Virus record (IMG/VR): IMGVR_UViG_3300045015_000053
Strand: one strand, 5' to 3'
Length of the DNA: 64,000 nt
From: a virus
Taxonomy: Duplodnaviria > Caudoviricetes
Part shown: positions 36,281 through 45,132 of the stretch, in pieces
Layout: each line of letters begins with the position of its first letter
Position numbering within the stretch: the stretch's first letter is position 1
Program-made: the position numbers and the translations under genes
Notes under the pieces: generated by a model
What the model was told of the DNA's origin: nothing
Database searches by the model: none
Seen by the model: the letters and a program-made list of their open reading frames with translations, nothing else

Positions 36281-36907
36281 GTGGAGACGGCCTTGATTGT
36301 GGCGACCGTCGTTCTCGCCATAGGGCTTGTGGCGGCGTTCGCCCTCCAGAGACAACAAAACAAATCGCTGACCCTGAAGTTAGCGAAAATGCAAGCCGCA
36401 TTGACGACCCAAGATACGCTAACTGCTTCAAAGCTTGACGCGATCACCGTGGAGGTCGAGGAACGGCTGATCGACCACAAGAAATACTGTGCGGGCGTTG
36501 AAGAGGCGTTGAAGTCTCTGTTGACGCAAGAAGAATCGAAATGGCGCGAACTTATCGAGCGGCTGAAGGCTCAGTTCGGTACTGCCATCGAAGAAGCCCG
36601 AAAGGAAACGGGCGAGAAACAGGCCGAAATCATGGCCGACATCCAGAAGGAACTGACGAAGCAGGTGGATAACTTCCGCAGCCTGATGAATCAGGCGTAT
36701 CTCGAACAGTACGAGAAGATGCGGCGTAATCCGCCGAGGCCGGTGAAACGGCCGCGAAGCAAAGTTGCCCCACCGGAGCGGTACAGAAGTCTTGACGACG
36801 ACTTCAACTGCATGCCGACGCCCGAACCCGAACCCGAACCCGCTGCTACTGAAGAGGCTGCCGAGCCGGTGAAGAAGAAGCGGACGACGCGGAAGAGGGC
36901 CAGATGA
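36281..36907 (+). CDS. membrane-anchored coiled-coil protein with internal RSLDDDF motif
   Basis: N-terminal TM; heptad repeats. Confidence 0.7.
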   Translation: METALIVATVVLAIGLVAAFALQRQQNKSLTLKLAKMQAALTTQDTLTASKLDAITVEVEERLIDHKKYCAGVEEALKSLLTQEESKWRELIERLKAQFGTAIEEARKETGEKQAEIMADIQKELTKQVDNFRSLMNQAYLEQYEKMRRNPPRPVKRPRSKVAPPERYRSLDDDFNCMPTPEPEPEPAATEEAAEPVKKKRTTRKRAR

Positions 36908-36984
36908 GTGGGTTTCATGGTGTGGGGCCGTGAAACCTTTTTTGTTGAGGGAAAGGGACCAGAGCTATGCTCTAGGGGGAAATT

Positions 36985-37680
36985 ATGGGTGCTTTAGCTC
37001 AGAAGAAGGTGTTGGTACTGAACAAGCACAGCGTTGCTGTCGGCGTGGTGTCGCTGCAACGCGCCATCATCATGTTGTTCTCATTCGACCCGAAAACCCT
37101 CAAGCCGAAGGCCGAGATCATTGACGAGGGGTGCCAGCCGTGGACCTGGGAGGAGTGGGCGTTGTTGCGCCCGGAGGACAACGAGGACGCAATAAACTCC
37201 TGTCAGGGTCGGTTCAAGATTCCTGAGATCATCAAGCTGTCGAAGTACGACAAGATGCCACAGCATCAGATCCACTTCAGCCGCCGGATGATCCACAAGC
37301 GTGACGGTAGCCAGTGCATGTACTGTCGCGCCCGGCCGGGAACCGAGGAACTGACCATCGACCACATCATTCCACGCTCGAAGGGTGGCTTGACGACGTG
37401 GGAGAACTGTGTCCTCGCCTGCGTGCCGTGCAACAGCAACAAGGCCAACCGGATGCCCGACCGCACGACCGTCGTTGACCACGTCAAGGACGATCACGGC
37501 AAGCTGAAGGAAGTACACGTTCCGGCCTTCACCGTGTACTTCAACGACAAGACCCGGAAGACCATCCGGCAGCCGAAGAAGCCCAACTTCGAGGTCTTCC
37601 GTGGGGAGATCCCATACAAGTCTTGGGCGCAGTGGCTCAACGTGGCCTACTGGAACGTCGAGCTAGAAAACGACAACTAA
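36985..37680 (+). CDS. HNH endonuclease (McrA/HNH_5-like)
   Basis: KVLVLN...RDGSQCMYC...TIDHIIPRSKGG...WENCVLACVPCNSNK. Confidence 0.88.
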   Translation: MGALAQKKVLVLNKHSVAVGVVSLQRAIIMLFSFDPKTLKPKAEIIDEGCQPWTWEEWALLRPEDNEDAINSCQGRFKIPEIIKLSKYDKMPQHQIHFSRRMIHKRDGSQCMYCRARPGTEELTIDHIIPRSKGGLTTWENCVLACVPCNSNKANRMPDRTTVVDHVKDDHGKLKEVHVPAFTVYFNDKTRKTIRQPKKPNFEVFRGEIPYKSWAQWLNVAYWNVELENDN

Positions 37681-37695
37681 GAACAAGGGGAGCAA

Positions 37696-38586
37696 TTAGT
37701 CGTGGTGCTTTTGATTGGCCGCACTCAGGTATCCGTCGTCTCTCTCGGCCCGGCTTCTGAAGCGGTGCTTGGTCAAGAACTTGCCGAACTTGGCGAGCCG
37801 TCCACGCGGGTTCGGGACGTGAGCCTGTCCGAGACTCGGCAGTAGGTGTTCGAGTTCCTTGAAGTCGTGCCATTTTTTACCGTCGAACCCGGCGATCCAA
37901 ACGCTCGTGTCATCTCGAATGACGCCCTTCGCGGCGAGCTTGGCGAGATCCTCAAACTTCACGTCCACCTTACGCCCGAATGCGTTGATGTAAGCCGCGT
38001 TTTTGCCGGCGAATTCCTCGGCACCCAAAGTCGGTGTTGTAGCCGCGACGTACTGGTGCATGTCATCTTGCACGTCTTTGTGTTTGTACGGCAGCCAATC
38101 GTCGTATCCGTACCGCTTTACCATCGTGTCGGGTTTGATCCACCTTTTGGCGACCGCGTCAGCGAACTCTTTAGACCCGACGAATTTGTAGGCGTGTCCG
38201 TCGAGGTAGGCCCACCACACCGTCTTGTCGTTCGCCACGCCCTTGCTGACCCGGCTGAAAGGGAGGTACTTCTTGGCGTCTTTGATCTGGTTCCAGTTTT
38301 GCTCACCTTGTACCCAAATCATGTCTTCGGGATGAACTTGGTTGATCCGGTACAACTGAACGATTTTGATGCCGTCCATTTGCACCGGGTTGACGCCGTC
38401 TTCTCGCGGCTTGTCGGGCCGGTACAACCAGAACATGCCGCGCTGGTCTTTTCGCTTGCCGCGTTCGCCGAGGCCACCCTTGATCGCGCCGTAAGCAGCA
38501 CCGCCCAACGCGGCGGCGGCGAGTGCCGTACCGACGATTTCGTCCAGTTGCCGCTTCTCTTTCCCCCATTTCACGAATGATTCCAT
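37696..38586 (-). CDS. protein with repeated GYF_2/DUF4339-like domains
   Basis: repeats INQVHPEDMIWVQGEQNW, IKPDTMVKRYGYDDW, IRDDTSVWIAGFDGKKW. Confidence 0.65.
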   Translation of the reverse strand: MESFVKWGKEKRQLDEIVGTALAAAALGGAAYGAIKGGLGERGKRKDQRGMFWLYRPDKPREDGVNPVQMDGIKIVQLYRINQVHPEDMIWVQGEQNWNQIKDAKKYLPFSRVSKGVANDKTVWWAYLDGHAYKFVGSKEFADAVAKRWIKPDTMVKRYGYDDWLPYKHKDVQDDMHQYVAATTPTLGAEEFAGKNAAYINAFGRKVDVKFEDLAKLAAKGVIRDDTSVWIAGFDGKKWHDFKELEHLLPSLGQAHVPNPRGRLAKFGKFLTKHRFRSRAERDDGYLSAANQKHHD

Positions 38587-38669
38587 TTTGCCTCTTTGCA
38601 GAACAACACAAGCTCGCTAGTATATAGTCCGAAGGGTCACATTCTGCCCTGTTTCAACCGGAGGCAATC

Positions 38670-39448
38670 ATGTCGAAGAAAAACCAATCAGCGAGGTGGC
38701 TTTGACCCTGTAAAGGGTCAGGAAACCCATTCCCAGGCTGCCTCCTGGCTTTGACCACGCCAACGAAATCATCCTCGAAGTCCTTTATGGCGAGGGTGGT
38801 ACTGACTCGAAACTCTTCGTCACCGATCTCGGCGATCTCTACGTCAAATATGCCGCCCGCAAGGGTCTGGCGTGTGAGCTTTTGACCGAAGACGACGGAC
38901 ACGTCACCTTCAAGATCAAAGGCAAGAAAGCCGCGTGGCACTTCCGTCACGAGGCAGGCAAGCACTGCGTTCAGCGGGTTCCCCCGACCGAGCGTAACGG
39001 CCGGCGTCAAACGAGCTTCGTGAACGTCGCTATCCTGCCGATCCTTCCTGAGTACACGAAAGTGACACTCAGGGACAACGACCTCGAAGAGAAGTTCCAG
39101 ACTGGGCGTCAAAAGGCCGGGGGCCAAAACGCGAACAAAGTCGCTTCCGCCGTGCGACTGAAGCACAAGCCGACCGGCCTCTGCGTGTTCATCAACGGCC
39201 GCGATCAGGGGCAGAACCGCGAGGAAGCTCGCCGCATCCTGACGGCCAAAGTGAACCAGCAGAAGATCGAGAAGGAACGCGCGGCCGAGGTCGGGATGAG
39301 GGAAGACTTCCTGAAGAATCGCGGACGCGGGGACAAGATCAGGACGTACAACTTCATCATCAACGAGGTGACGGACCACCGACTGGATCGTTCTTCCAAG
39401 AACATCAAGGCGGTGATGAAGGGCGATCTGGACGAAGTCATCGGATAA
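38670..39448 (+). CDS. class I peptide chain release factor, RF1-type (PxT), lacking domain 1; needs two +1 frameshifts
   Basis: IILEVLYGEGG...QRVPPTE...AGGQNANKVASAVRL...KIRTYNF; no in-frame start before 38882; CTT-TGA-C at 38700 and 38749. Confidence 0.85.
38691..38756 (+). promoter_or_regulatory. tandem prfB-like +1 frameshift signals
   Basis: GAGG-TGG-CTT-TGA-C (SD 3 nt upstream of CTT) and a second TGG-CTT-TGA-C 49 nt downstream. Confidence 0.8.
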
Positions 39449-39513
39449 TCGAGCCGAACAAGACAGAAGGCACGAGTTATAATGACTCGTGTCTTCTTTT
39501 TTTTGAGGTCGAT

Positions 39514-39858
39514 ATGACTACCGAAGAACTACTTGACCAGATTTCGGCGTACCTTCTGACGGAGAACGCCGAACTTCACGAGGAGTGGTCGGAGATGAAG
39601 AACACGGGCGGGAACCCGTGCAAAGTTTGGAATCAAAAACTGGAAGCTATCGGGATCGTGGATCAGGCGTCTTACGAGTGGCACCACGGCGAGTTCGGAT
39701 TGCCGGTGCTGCACGAGATGTTCCACCGCGTGATTAACGCGAACCACCCGCCCCTCGTGGTTGTCGATTTCGATGACGGGAGCAACATGACGCAGACCTA
39801 CGTCTTCGACCGGAAGAAGGCCGAAACTACTTTACAAGGCAAGCGATTTTGCGTATAG
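39514..39858 (+). CDS. hypothetical protein
   Basis: GAGG RBS; TATAAT at ~39478. Confidence 0.6.
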   Translation: MTTEELLDQISAYLLTENAELHEEWSEMKNTGGNPCKVWNQKLEAIGIVDQASYEWHHGEFGLPVLHEMFHRVINANHPPLVVVDFDDGSNMTQTYVFDRKKAETTLQGKRFCV

Positions 39859-39877
39859 TGGCTAAATGGGAGATTGA

Positions 39878-40591
39878 GTGATGCCTACCAAAACCGAATA
39901 CCAGAAACGCAAACAAAACAATCTCTGTTTACGTTGTGGTAAAACGCCATTGGATTCCAAAAACGTTTGTCAAAAGTGCATAGACAAGGCGATGGCGAAG
40001 TATGCCGCAAAAAAACAAGCAAAAGTTTGTGTAAATTGTAGTCGGCCCGCTCCAAATGGAGCCAGATGTGTCGAGTGCGCAAAGGTCCACAAAAAAGTTG
40101 CAGATCGAAGACGGATTACAAAAAGAAAAACATCAATTTGTTTGATTTGCCCGACTCAAACAAATGGCTCTGCCTATTGTGATTCTTGTTTGGCGAAGAA
40201 TAGGGCCAAGTGTCGCCGGAAGCGAGAATCGGGATTGTGTCGCAATTGTTCCAAAAAGGCTATTCCGGGGAAAGCAAGATGTGAAGAATGCACGCAGACA
40301 AATCGCGAGAGCATTCTCAGACTCAGGGATAAAGTGTTCGCTGCGTATGGAGGGGCAAGATGTAATTGTTGTGGAGAAACGACAGTAGAGTTTTTGGCAT
40401 TAGATCACATAAACAACGATGGTGCCGAACACAGACGAAGTTTGCGTGAGAACAGCGTCTATCGTTGGGTTAGTAAAAACGGGTTCCCTGCCGGTTTTCA
40501 GGTACTGTGCCACAATTGCAATTGGGGCAAACATATTTGTGGTGGAGTCTGCCCACATCAGAGGAAAATTCATGTCGAACATCATCAATGA
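39878..40591 (+). CDS. HNH endonuclease with tandem Cys-rich repeats
   Basis: multiple CxxC...CxxC units; RCNCCG...LALDHINNDG...QVLCHNCN. Confidence 0.85.
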   Translation: MMPTKTEYQKRKQNNLCLRCGKTPLDSKNVCQKCIDKAMAKYAAKKQAKVCVNCSRPAPNGARCVECAKVHKKVADRRRITKRKTSICLICPTQTNGSAYCDSCLAKNRAKCRRKRESGLCRNCSKKAIPGKARCEECTQTNRESILRLRDKVFAAYGGARCNCCGETTVEFLALDHINNDGAEHRRSLRENSVYRWVSKNGFPAGFQVLCHNCNWGKHICGGVCPHQRKIHVEHHQ

Positions 40592-42683
40592 TCTGGTCCA
40601 GAAGAAACTTGCTCACCCACCTGCGTGGCTTAGTTCCAATACCCATTATCTAACGATGATGGGTTCGGTGGCCTACGGGGTGAGCAGCGACACGTCCGAC
40701 ATGGACCTGTACGGCTTTTGTCTGCCGCCGAAGGAAATCGTCTTCCCGCACTTGTCGGGGGAGATTTTCGGTTTCGGCACGCAGAAGAAGCGGTTCAACC
40801 AGTGGCAGCAGCACCACATCAAAGACCCGTGTGCGATGCAAGGGAAGGGACGGCAGTATGACCTCACGGTCTACAACGTGGTGGATTACTTCAATCTGTT
40901 GATGCAGAACAACCCCAACATGATTGACAGTATTTTCACGCCCGACAACTGCGTGTTGCACATCACGCGGATCGGCACGATGGTTCGCGAGAAGCGACGG
41001 ATGTTCCTCCACAAGAAGTGTTGGCACACCTTCAAGGGGTACGCCTACGCTCAGATGAAGAAGATCCGCAACAAGGAGCGTGAGTCTTCGTCGCGGCGCG
41101 ACCTGATCGAGAAGTACGGGTACGACTGCTATCTTGATTCCGAAACTGAATTTCTTACTGAAGCCGGCTGGAAGAAGTACGACGATGTGGAGGCCGACGA
41201 TTCTCTGGCAGTGGTAGATCCGTCAACGGGGAAGATCGGATGGGAAAATTACACCGAACGCATCGACAAGCCTTTCTCCGGTCCCATGTACGTCGTAGAA
41301 CCGGCGATGAGCAGGTGTGTGGTTACGCCCAATCACCACATGCTCGTTTCACCCGCACGTCGCTCGGAGGCGACTAACTTTTCATACCGTTATTTCGAGG
41401 ATAAAGCGGACTGGAATTTGGTTCCTTTCTCAACCCTTATGACTGGATCGAGGTCGTGGTTTCACACACGTCGCCGTGTGGAAGGCAACTGCTTCGACTA
41501 TTCCGGTGTCACCGACGAGTATTTGGTTTTGGCCGGTCTGTATATTGCCGAAGGCACCATCAACTTCAGGGATGGCAAGGTCAAGACCGCAAGACTGACC
41601 CAGACGCCGAATGGGAAGCAAGAGTTTTTCGAGATGGCTGATCGTATTGCTAGTGCCTTCGACATGAAGCGATACGACTACGACAAGGAAACAGTCTGGA
41701 CCGTTGAGCGTGCTACCGCCGAAAAACTCTATACGGATTTCGGACATGGTTCTGGTAGCAAGAGGCTCCCTCTGTGGTGTTACAAGTTGTCCGAACGACA
41801 GGCTTCCATTCTTTGGAAGAATGCCTGTCTCGGAGACGGAACTCCTACGCCAAACGGCGAAGTCTACTACACCAGTAACGCTGCACTTGCTGGCGATGTG
41901 CAGGCTATGTTAACATGCGCCGGCGTACTGTGTTCTGTACGCGGGCCTTACAGTTACGAGCGAAACGATGAATGCTTCGGTAACTGTGACATGTATCAGG
42001 TGTATCGGCCTTCGGACCAGTACGCCTACTCCTGCGTAGATTTCAAGAACAGGATTCAGAAATCCGATGATGAGGCGACTGAGGTGACGGGCGATGTTCG
42101 TGTTGATGGCCTCCGTCATTTCACAGAAGATGACGACCCCAAAACAAGCTGGCCCATCAAGGAACGTATTGTTCAAGAAGAACGCATCGTGTGTTTCCAA
42201 GTCCCATCGGGAACTTTGATCACTCGAAGTAAGGGCCGAGTCGCCCTGCATGGCAATACGAAGTTCGCATACCACCTTGTTCGTCTGATGAACGAAGTGG
42301 AACAGATCATGGTCGAACACGACCTCGATCTGATGCGGAACCGCGAACAGTTGAAGCAGATCCGCGCCGGGTGCTGGACCGAGGAGCAACTTGAGGACTA
42401 CTTCGCCAAGAAGGAAGTATCCCTCGAAGAGACGTACAACAAGAGCGATCTCCGTTGGGGACCGGACGAGCCGGCCATCAAGGAACTGCTCCTGAACGTG
42501 CTGGAAGAACACTACGGCAACCTCGACAAGTGCGTCATCCGTCAGGACGCGGTCGTGACTGCCCTCCGCAACGTGATCGGCGCGGCTGATGAAGCCCGCC
42601 GCGTACTGGAGCAGATCACATATGAAGAACCTGCTGAGGCGGGCGGCGAACAGTCTGAACAGGCTGTGGCACCGACTGAGTGA
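40572..42683 (+). CDS. Pol-beta superfamily nucleotidyltransferase interrupted by an intein
   Basis: MMGSVAYG...SDMDLYG...NNPNMID...FKGYA; KYGYD|...|TKFAYHLVRL. Confidence 0.88.
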   Translation: MSNIINDLVQKKLAHPPAWLSSNTHYLTMMGSVAYGVSSDTSDMDLYGFCLPPKEIVFPHLSGEIFGFGTQKKRFNQWQQHHIKDPCAMQGKGRQYDLTVYNVVDYFNLLMQNNPNMIDSIFTPDNCVLHITRIGTMVREKRRMFLHKKCWHTFKGYAYAQMKKIRNKERESSSRRDLIEKYGYDCYLDSETEFLTEAGWKKYDDVEADDSLAVVDPSTGKIGWENYTERIDKPFSGPMYVVEPAMSRCVVTPNHHMLVSPARRSEATNFSYRYFEDKADWNLVPFSTLMTGSRSWFHTRRRVEGNCFDYSGVTDEYLVLAGLYIAEGTINFRDGKVKTARLTQTPNGKQEFFEMADRIASAFDMKRYDYDKETVWTVERATAEKLYTDFGHGSGSKRLPLWCYKLSERQASILWKNACLGDGTPTPNGEVYYTSNAALAGDVQAMLTCAGVLCSVRGPYSYERNDECFGNCDMYQVYRPSDQYAYSCVDFKNRIQKSDDEATEVTGDVRVDGLRHFTEDDDPKTSWPIKERIVQEERIVCFQVPSGTLITRSKGRVALHGNTKFAYHLVRLMNEVEQIMVEHDLDLMRNREQLKQIRAGCWTEEQLEDYFAKKEVSLEETYNKSDLRWGPDEPAIKELLLNVLEEHYGNLDKCVIRQDAVVTALRNVIGAADEARRVLEQITYEEPAEAGGEQSEQAVAPTE
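41127..42257 (+). mobile_element. intein (377 aa) with LAGLIDADG-type endonuclease
   Basis: N-terminal CYLDSETEFLTEAGWK, TPNHHM block B, LAGLYIAEG and CLGDG motifs, C-terminal HGN followed by Thr. Confidence 0.92.
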
Positions 42684-42885
42684 TCCGTTTTTGGCGGGCG
42701 AGTATTGGCTCGTTGTCGAATACTCGCCCGCCAAAGATGCCATCTACTACTACACCTACTACGACGAAGCAGAAGCCCGTGAACACGCCGTTCGTTTGGG
42801 CAAGTCAGAATACTTCTGGTACTGGTGGAGCGGGATGTACGGATGGGCTTCGCAGGGTGTTGACATTTACCCGAAACCCAGATGA
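42622..42885 (+). CDS. hypothetical protein
   Basis: Tyr/Trp-rich ORF overlapping the upstream 3' end. Confidence 0.55.
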   Translation: MKNLLRRAANSLNRLWHRLSDPFLAGEYWLVVEYSPAKDAIYYYTYYDEAEAREHAVRLGKSEYFWYWWSGMYGWASQGVDIYPKPR

Positions 42886-42894
42886 GGGGTTGCC

Positions 42895-43059
42895 GTGAAC
42901 GACAAATTCGACCCCCGAAAGTACATCGAAGAACTCGCCTATCGTCTTTGGCAAGAGGCGGGCGAGCCTCCGAACAGTGCTTTGCATTTCTGGTTGGAAG
43001 CCGAACGGCAATTCGAGCGAACGACCGGCTCCGGTCGCGGCCCGCAAGGTCGTCAATAA
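42895..43059 (+). CDS. DUF2934-like small protein
   Basis: not in the track: IEELAYRLWQEAGEPPNSALHFWLEAERQF. Confidence 0.7.
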   Translation: MNDKFDPRKYIEELAYRLWQEAGEPPNSALHFWLEAERQFERTTGSGRGPQGRQ

Positions 43060-43111
43060 ACGCAATTCGGATCACTATGATAGGTTTGTCGCCGCCCTTC
43101 ATAGTGAGAAC

Positions 43112-43657
43112 ATGGAAACACCAGAAACATTCGGCCCGCCTATCGTTCCGTCTTCCATAGACGAACCCGAACAACGGCCGTTGGCCGTCGCGCTCGTTTT
43201 TGACATCTCCCGTTCGGCCTACGGCAATCAGCGTGTTGTGGATCTGTTCAAGTCCGCGTTGGTGAAAAAGTTCGCCAACATGGAGTACGACAACGTTCTT
43301 TTGCTCGGCAACGAGCTACACGAAGATCCGGGTCACGCCGTCGCCGCGATCAGGGAGTACAAGAACCCCGTCCGACGTTTTAACCAAATGCTCGGCGAAG
43401 CCGTTCGGTCGCTGATGCACATCGACCGTTTTTACGTTCGCCGTCTGGTGGTCGTGACCGATCAGTTTGCACAGCCCGATTTGACGATTGTCGAGTCGGC
43501 GATCAACAAGAACCAAACGTCAATGTCCGACATTGACTTCTACTGTTTAGCCTTCGGGCCGCAGTACGAGCGTGCGGTCGCCAACTGTAGTTGGGACATT
43601 TTCCGCCACGCCGAACCACAAGACATCGAAGCCGCAGTAAACGAGGTGTGCAGTTGA
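43112..43657 (+). CDS. vWA-like domain protein
   Basis: LVFDISRS (DxSxS MIDAS), LVVVTD, FYCLAFG. Confidence 0.55.
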   Translation: METPETFGPPIVPSSIDEPEQRPLAVALVFDISRSAYGNQRVVDLFKSALVKKFANMEYDNVLLLGNELHEDPGHAVAAIREYKNPVRRFNQMLGEAVRSLMHIDRFYVRRLVVVTDQFAQPDLTIVESAINKNQTSMSDIDFYCLAFGPQYERAVANCSWDIFRHAEPQDIEAAVNEVCS

Positions 43658-44472
43658 ACACAACACAAAGAGTACGAATCAAGAAAGAGAATGTTGAAGT
43701 CGATGGTTTCGTGGGGCTGGAGTCCACGATCAAGCACCCCGTTTTCGGTCGCAGTCCTGTTGACATCATCGTCCCGTTCCACGGGCAATACAAGCGACTC
43801 ATTACCTTGATCGAGAGCGTTTTGAGGGTGCGGAGCAACCCGTATTTGCTCACTCTGGTGGATGACGGTTCGCCCAATCCGGGCTTCCTCAAACAACTGG
43901 AGAAAGTCCCCCAACTCAACCGGATCAGGTTGGATGAACAAGTCGGTTTCGGCGCGGCTCTACAGGCCGGCTTTCAAGCGACCAAGCAACCGTTCGTCAT
44001 GTTCATGCACAGCGACTGCGAAGCCCTCGACCCTTCTTGGATGTTGAGCCTCGGTCAAACCCTGATCGAACTAGAAGAAAAAGGCGTCGGGATGGTTTCG
44101 GCACGCTCGGACAATCCGTTTTGTGATGACACGCGGTTTGAAGGGAAGCTGAATTCTACCTCCGAACACGTCATTCTTGAATCGGGCGAATCCATGCCGC
44201 TCTACTGCGCCATGTGCCGACGCGGACTGTTCAACAAGATCGGAGGGTTCATCAAGAGCTATCCGTTCGCAATGTACGAGGACCAAGAGTTGTCGTACCG
44301 AATGGGCGTCCACGGCGTCAAGCAGGCGATCAGCGGGACCAGTTGGATCAAACACCACGCCAATGCCACTATTAGTGAAGTTTCGCGATCTAACCCGTTG
44401 GCTCTGGGGCAGATGGAGAAGAACTACGACCGCTGTGTCGCGGACATGAAGGCTTGTTTGCCCAAAAAGTGA
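43654..44472 (+). CDS. glycosyltransferase family 2
   Basis: VDIIVPFHG...LVDDGS...GFGAALQAG...FMHSDC. Confidence 0.85.
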   Translation: MNTTQRVRIKKENVEVDGFVGLESTIKHPVFGRSPVDIIVPFHGQYKRLITLIESVLRVRSNPYLLTLVDDGSPNPGFLKQLEKVPQLNRIRLDEQVGFGAALQAGFQATKQPFVMFMHSDCEALDPSWMLSLGQTLIELEEKGVGMVSARSDNPFCDDTRFEGKLNSTSEHVILESGESMPLYCAMCRRGLFNKIGGFIKSYPFAMYEDQELSYRMGVHGVKQAISGTSWIKHHANATISEVSRSNPLALGQMEKNYDRCVADMKACLPKK

Positions 44473-44524
44473 TGACGCGGGCTATATACCTGTACGAGCT
44501 AGGCCAGCTTTACAAGGAGAAACC

Positions 44525-44680
44525 ATGCGTTGCAAAAAGCCTGACGGCACTTTCACGAACGCGACTTGGTTGGTGTTTTACCCGACCTGTCCGAGAACCA
44601 ATGTCAACCACCTCTGCAACCAGCTTGCGGGTGCTTACGTTGCGGCTGTCACCGTGTGCGGTCAACGACTGTTCCGTTGA
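44525..44680 (+). CDS. 51-aa Cys-containing peptide
   Basis: not in the track; AAGGAG RBS, CTATATA at 44482, terminator at ~44703. Confidence 0.55.
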   Translation: MRCKKPDGTFTNATWLVFYPTCPRTNVNHLCNQLAGAYVAAVTVCGQRLFR

Positions 44681-44701
44681 TCTGCGATCTGGAAACAAGA
44701 A

Positions 44702-44730
44702 GACCCCGGCTACCGGAAGCCGGGGTTTTT
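44702..44730 (+). terminator. intrinsic terminator
   Basis: ACCCCGGCT-ACCGGA-AGCCGGGGT-TTTT. Confidence 0.75.
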
Positions 44731-44815
44731 CGTTTTCCGTCGTGACAAACAGCGAATTTCGGTCTAGAGTGTCCGTCGTGACTATCTCGCCGTCAAACCG
44801 CGTCCGGGGTTCGTT

Positions 44816-45043
44816 GTGCTGCCAAACAATCTGCTCGACCAAGTGAGGAAGACACTTGGCGAAAATTCCCACACCCAGAAACTAAGGATCACCGCCGACG
44901 ACGAAGACGGAGTTCTCGTGTTACGCGGATCGGTTTCTAGTTATTACCTGAAGCAGATGTCACAAGAATCAATTCGGGGTTTGCTGGACGATTATGATCC
45001 GCGCCCCGTTCTCCGCAACCTCATTGAAGTAAACGGGAATTGA
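44816..45043 (+). CDS. BON-domain protein
   Basis: VLVLRGSVSSYYLKQMSQE. Confidence 0.65.
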   Translation: MLPNNLLDQVRKTLGENSHTQKLRITADDEDGVLVLRGSVSSYYLKQMSQESIRGLLDDYDPRPVLRNLIEVNGN

Positions 45044-45132
45044 CATGTCAATTGACTTCGTTTATCCGCCTCGAAATTCGCCTTCCATTTCATAGATACC
45101 TTCGACAATAGGGTCTATGAAATGGAGGAAGT

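Noticed and set aside
36043-36438. 131-aa ORF as a real full-length gene
   Set aside because: Its 3' half overlaps the better supported 36281 gene. Only the hydrophobic 5' part might be coding, so it was not called.
38882-39448. Release factor starting at TTG 38882, as in the track
   Set aside because: Homology to RF domain 2 extends ~40 codons upstream to the second slippery site, and the only clear RBS-ATG is at 38670.
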